From positions 62,001 to 126,000 of the forward strand of contig QPMI01000071.1 in NCBI GenBank assembly GCA_004431415.1: a DNA stretch of 64,000 nt. Direction: 5' to 3'. The notes beneath the pieces are model-generated. The model worked only from the letters and a program-made list of their open reading frames with translations. It made no database searches and was not told the origin of the DNA. How positions within the stretch are numbered: the first letter of the stretch is position 1; every line of letters starts with the position of its first letter. Made by a program: the position numbers and the translations under genes. Positions 60,208 through 64,000 of the stretch are shown here, in pieces. Origin of the DNA: Cyanophora paradoxa CCMP329. Taxonomy: Eukaryota; Plantae; Glaucophyta.

Positions 60208-63130
60208 TCAAGTGGTCGTCATCGTGATGGTGCCGCCGTCCATGGTGATCGTGGACCCGCCGGAGACCTGAAGACCGAAGACCGAGGTTAGAACCCGCTC
60301 ATCGACGCTTAAGCTTTCGAAGCTAGCTATATATAAATTCGGAGGCCGAGTGCGGCGCGCGCGCCCTGATGAGGTTGTTGGCGGGGGGCCGGTAGGCGAA
60401 GATGGCGCGGCCGCCTGTCCCCTGCGACTTGCTCCACAGCTGGTACAATATCCCTGCGTGGGGGCGGGCGGGCGGGCGGGCTCGAGACGGCGGACGCCGG
60501 GCCGGGCGGGGGCGGGCAGGGTCCGGGGCGGCGCACCGGAGCGGGTCGCCGTTACGCCGGCCATGTTCCTGCGGGGGGGGGGGGGGGGGGGGGGGGAGTG
60601 GGGGGGGGCGGGGGCACGTCAGATCCGAGAGGCTCAGAATCCGGGCCGGGCCGGCGCGGTGCGGGCCGGGGCGAGGCGCTGACGGGCCGGGCAGGCGGGC
60701 GCGCACCAGCAGTCAAACCAGGAGTTGGAGGCCGCGACGGCGGGGCAGATCTCCGGCGGCGCCGGCGGCTGCACCTGCCCGAGCACCACGCCGCTCCTGC
60801 GCGCCCCCCGCCAAATTGAATGGCAGTGGAGAACGGCAAGCTTAAGGACAGGGAGGAAGGGGGAGAGGGGTGGGGAGGGGGGGGGGGGGTACCTGTCCAG
60901 GATGTCGGTGGGGGCCTCGGCGTCGATCGCGCCGAAGGGTACAATGAGTCTGCGGCGAGCTAGATAAATATCGATTCCAGCTGCAGGCCTCAGGAGAATT
61001 CGCTTAGCAAGATTAAGGCTGTGAATCTGATCTTTACACCATCTAAATCTTTTTAGACCCTTGGAGGGCGCACGGGGCGGTCAGGCTCAGGAAGGCGATC
61101 TGGCCCCCCGAGCGGCCTGAGACGGGACCCGAGACGAGCGCCGAGGGGTACGGCGCCCGCCGCGACACCTGCGGCGGGGCGGGGCGGGGAGGCCAAATTA
61201 GGAGGGCGGGGGGGAGGGGGGAGAGGGGGGGGAGGACGAGGGGGGAAAGGAAAGGGGGGTGGGGGGCGAGCCACGTGCCTTGAAGACCCGGCGGTTGTTC
61301 TGCGTGACCTGCTCGCCGGCCGGCCGGCCGTGAGGCGGGGCCGGGGGTGCCGGGGTAGGACTCCGGGAAGGGCGAGGGGGGGAAGAGCTGGCCGCGGAGA
61401 AGCGCTAGCTATATATATATAGCTCCCAGCCATCGGACAGCCCGTAACCGCCCCCCCCCCCCCCCCCCCCTCTCCCTTCCGCTCCCTCCCTCGCTCGCTT
61501 GCTCTCGGGGCAGGGGGCAAACGGGGGCGGGGTAGAATTTAAGCGAGGGAATTAGGTCCCTCGCGGGTGTGGCGGAGGCGCTAGGCGTGCTTCCGTTCAA
61601 GAAGCGGCGGCGTCCCCCGTTCCGTTCAAGAAGCGGCGAAGGGCAAACGGGGGCGGGGGGAGAAGGAGGGTGGGAGGGGGAGCGGGGAGGGGGGGGGGGG
61701 GAGGGGGGGGGGTCGCACGGCGTAGAGGAAGGGCTCGAGGGGGTCCAGCGCCATCCCGTAGAGCCCTGTACCCCCCGCCCCGGAGGGGTCAGAATTCAAG
61801 GGAGGGGGGGGAAGAGGCGAGAGGAGGGGGCAACGGAGGTCGGAAGAAAGGGCGGCCGGGTCCGCCAGGCCCAGAGGGGCAGGGACGGCCAGAGCGGCCG
61901 GGGCGGGGGGGCGGAGGGGAGGGCGCGGGGGGAGAGGCGGGAGGAGGGGGCGACGGGGAAGGAGGAGGCCGCGGGGCGGGTGCAGGGGCGCGGACCCTCG
62001 CCGGTGGCGCCGACGTTGTGCGCGAGAATATGTTTACTTGTAATACTTTAGGAGTTTGAAGTTTATTTTCATGATCGAAGCCTCTGTTTAAAAGTAAGGA
62101 AACTATTCGGGCGGACCCTCGCCGGCGGCGCCGAAGTTGCGCGCGAAGACGACGACGGGGTCGCCCCCTGCGCGGCGAATTCGAAAGCTCAAGGGGCAGC
62201 GCCGGGCGCTAGGAGCTCGAGGGGCTGGGGGGAGAAGGGGGGTACTGGATTGGGGTGGGAAGAAGGCAAGGAGGCGGCGGGGGCGAATGGCGCGGGGCCT
62301 GATCATGAAGAGGGGCAGGGGGGATGGGGGGCGGGGCGGGGCGGGGCGGGGCGGGGCGGCCGTTCGAGGCTCTAGGCGAGAGGGGGAGGCGGAGGGAGAC
62401 GCGCGAGGGGGCCAGCGCTGGCTTGAAGGCAAGTGGTTCTAACTTAGAAGAGCAAAAGCGTGGTGCTGGGGGAGCAGTATTCCGGCCTACACAACGGGAA
62501 CGGCCTACAGAGGAGGAGGCGGGGGGGGGGGGGGGGGGGAGGGGGGGGGAGGGGGGGCTGCGGAGGGGCGACGTTTTGAGGCCTAGAGGGCGCCTAGATC
62601 ATGATCTAGACTCTCTTTGAAATGAAGGAAACTATATATAGAGGGCCTGGAGGGAGGAGCGGGATCGGTAATGTAGGTGCTATAGGCTAAGCTATAGGCA
62701 TCGGGGCCGCCCATTCGAAGGGCCCGGGGCGGGCATGCAGCGGGGCGGGCGCCTAGACGTCGACTCTGTTAGAACTAAGGAAACTGTTTTTAGAGGGCCT
62801 GGAAACTAGAGGCGCACACCGTCGACGGTTAGGGACCATATCTCCGAGTACGCGTCGCCGTCCCCCGCCGCCAGCTGCCGCCCCCGCCCGGCGGCCTCAG
62901 CGCTAGCGCTTGACGTCGCTTCAGCTTCTAGCTAAGTTAGATAGCTAAGGCTCGCATTTGCTTCGGCTTCAGCTTTAGCGGGTCTCGGCAGGGTCGCCGG
63001 GCTGGGCCGGGCCGGGGGCCGGGGGCCGGGGGCGCCGGCTCGAGATTTGCGGTGCGGGTCGTCCGGAACACGTTCCGGATCCGGTCGACGCGACCGGCCG
63101 GATGTCGCCTTAAGCTCCTGATTTCTCCGG
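60208..63130 (-). CDS. Convergent paralog of the 55387-59649 gene; 5' part not visible (abuts the LINE)
   Basis: Exons YSEIWSLTVDG, GLYGMALDPLEPFLYA|VTQNNRRVFK, ICPAVAASNSWFDCW|NMAGVTATR, ILYQLWSKSQGTGGRAIFAYR and MDGGTITMTTT* align in order with the plus-strand gene. Confidence 0.6.
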
Positions 63131-63179
63131 ACGGGTCTCGGCAGGGACGGGCCGGCCATGGTCTCTTGCATTAGCACAC

Positions 63180-64000
63180 AACACAACTACAATGAGTTTC
63201 ACATCGCCCAATAAATCTCTCCGACTAGATACTATCGAGGACCGTCGTATGCTGTGCTTTAGAAAGTACAAAATGAACGAAAGGTTTGAAGGTTTCGTGT
63301 CTAGATATCTAGCTAAGGAGGTTTCTACCTAATACTAATGATGTGGAAGCTAGCTGTATCGATTTCTAAACTAACCTAAACTCCCGGCTACGAGGTCCTA
63401 TCTCTACAAAAGACTCCCAATCATGGTACGTCCGCCGCCAGCGCTGCCCAAGGGCCTCGCCGCGCCGTGTGCCAGGCTCCTCGCCAGCCCCAGTAGATTG
63501 GGCTACTGGCCGCCTCCTGCCGTCGCCTCCGCCGCCTCCAGTTGTTGGTGTTGCGTCCTCCGGCCCCGCCCCCAGACCGCAATCCCCCGTGTCTCCCTCT
63601 AGCGCGGGCGCGCCCTTTTTGTGCCCACGCCCCAAGCATACCTGTTCGTATGGTCGTACACTTGCATGGCCGCCGAAGCCCGGACCCAGCCGTAGTCGTC
63701 TGGCGGGCAGCTCAGGTGTGAGAGGGCTAGGGTTTCCCCGCCCTGGTGGCGGGACTCGAGGGCACCGCACTCCCTGCAGCGTTCCCGCTGCCGGGGCTCC
63801 GGATCCGCGCGCTTCCTGCGAGCGTTGCCAGCCGTATCGTCAGGCGGCGCGTCGGCCTCGCGGTCGCGCGCCCCAGTGCGCTTCGCCTTGGCGCGACGTT
63901 CTTTCATGACCTTCGTGATCCCGCACGCCTTCTCCCACTCCGCGTACGCCTGGCATCTGGCGGCCCACGTTTTATGGGCCTGCTCGCCTATGGCCGTCGC
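63180..64000 (-). mobile_element. 3' end of a probable LINE ORF2 (stop at 63599) plus 3' UTR; runs off the window
   Basis: Intronless frame ...HKTWAARCQAYAEWEKACGITKVMK... resembles the W-x2-RC-x6-WE-x3-GI C-terminal motif of some non-LTR ORF2s. The left boundary is approximate. Confidence 0.5.

Overview
Very GC-rich, intron-dense eukaryotic (algal/protist-like) nuclear DNA. Introns are short (about 60-120 bp) with GTGCGC/GTGAG donors and frequent GC donors, so most six-frame ORFs are spurious or partial. Left arm: three tandem box C/D-like RNAs, RPL29 head-to-head with a DRB0094/Rnl5-type RNA ligase, and a PSTAIRE CDK. Next come a cluster of small DNA transposons (hAT, TA-TSD MITE), a coiled-coil/beta-helix gene, a poly(A)-ended Ser/Pro-rich element and an organelle-targeted MnmA. 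The core (21.3-54.7 kb) is a tandem array of six F-box/LRR paralogs plus orphan 3' exons. Four of the six are co-duplicated with a head-to-head, apparently spliced minus-strand unit of unknown nature. The array is interrupted by a Ngaro/DIRS-like RT-RNaseH element with no visible tyrosine recombinase (itself hit by a LINE-like insertion) and by a 917-bp insertion with a 14-bp TSD. Right arm: two convergent paralogs of a probably secreted beta-propeller-like protein and the 3' end of a LINE. Gene models were assembled by eye, so exon boundaries and some starts are approximate.
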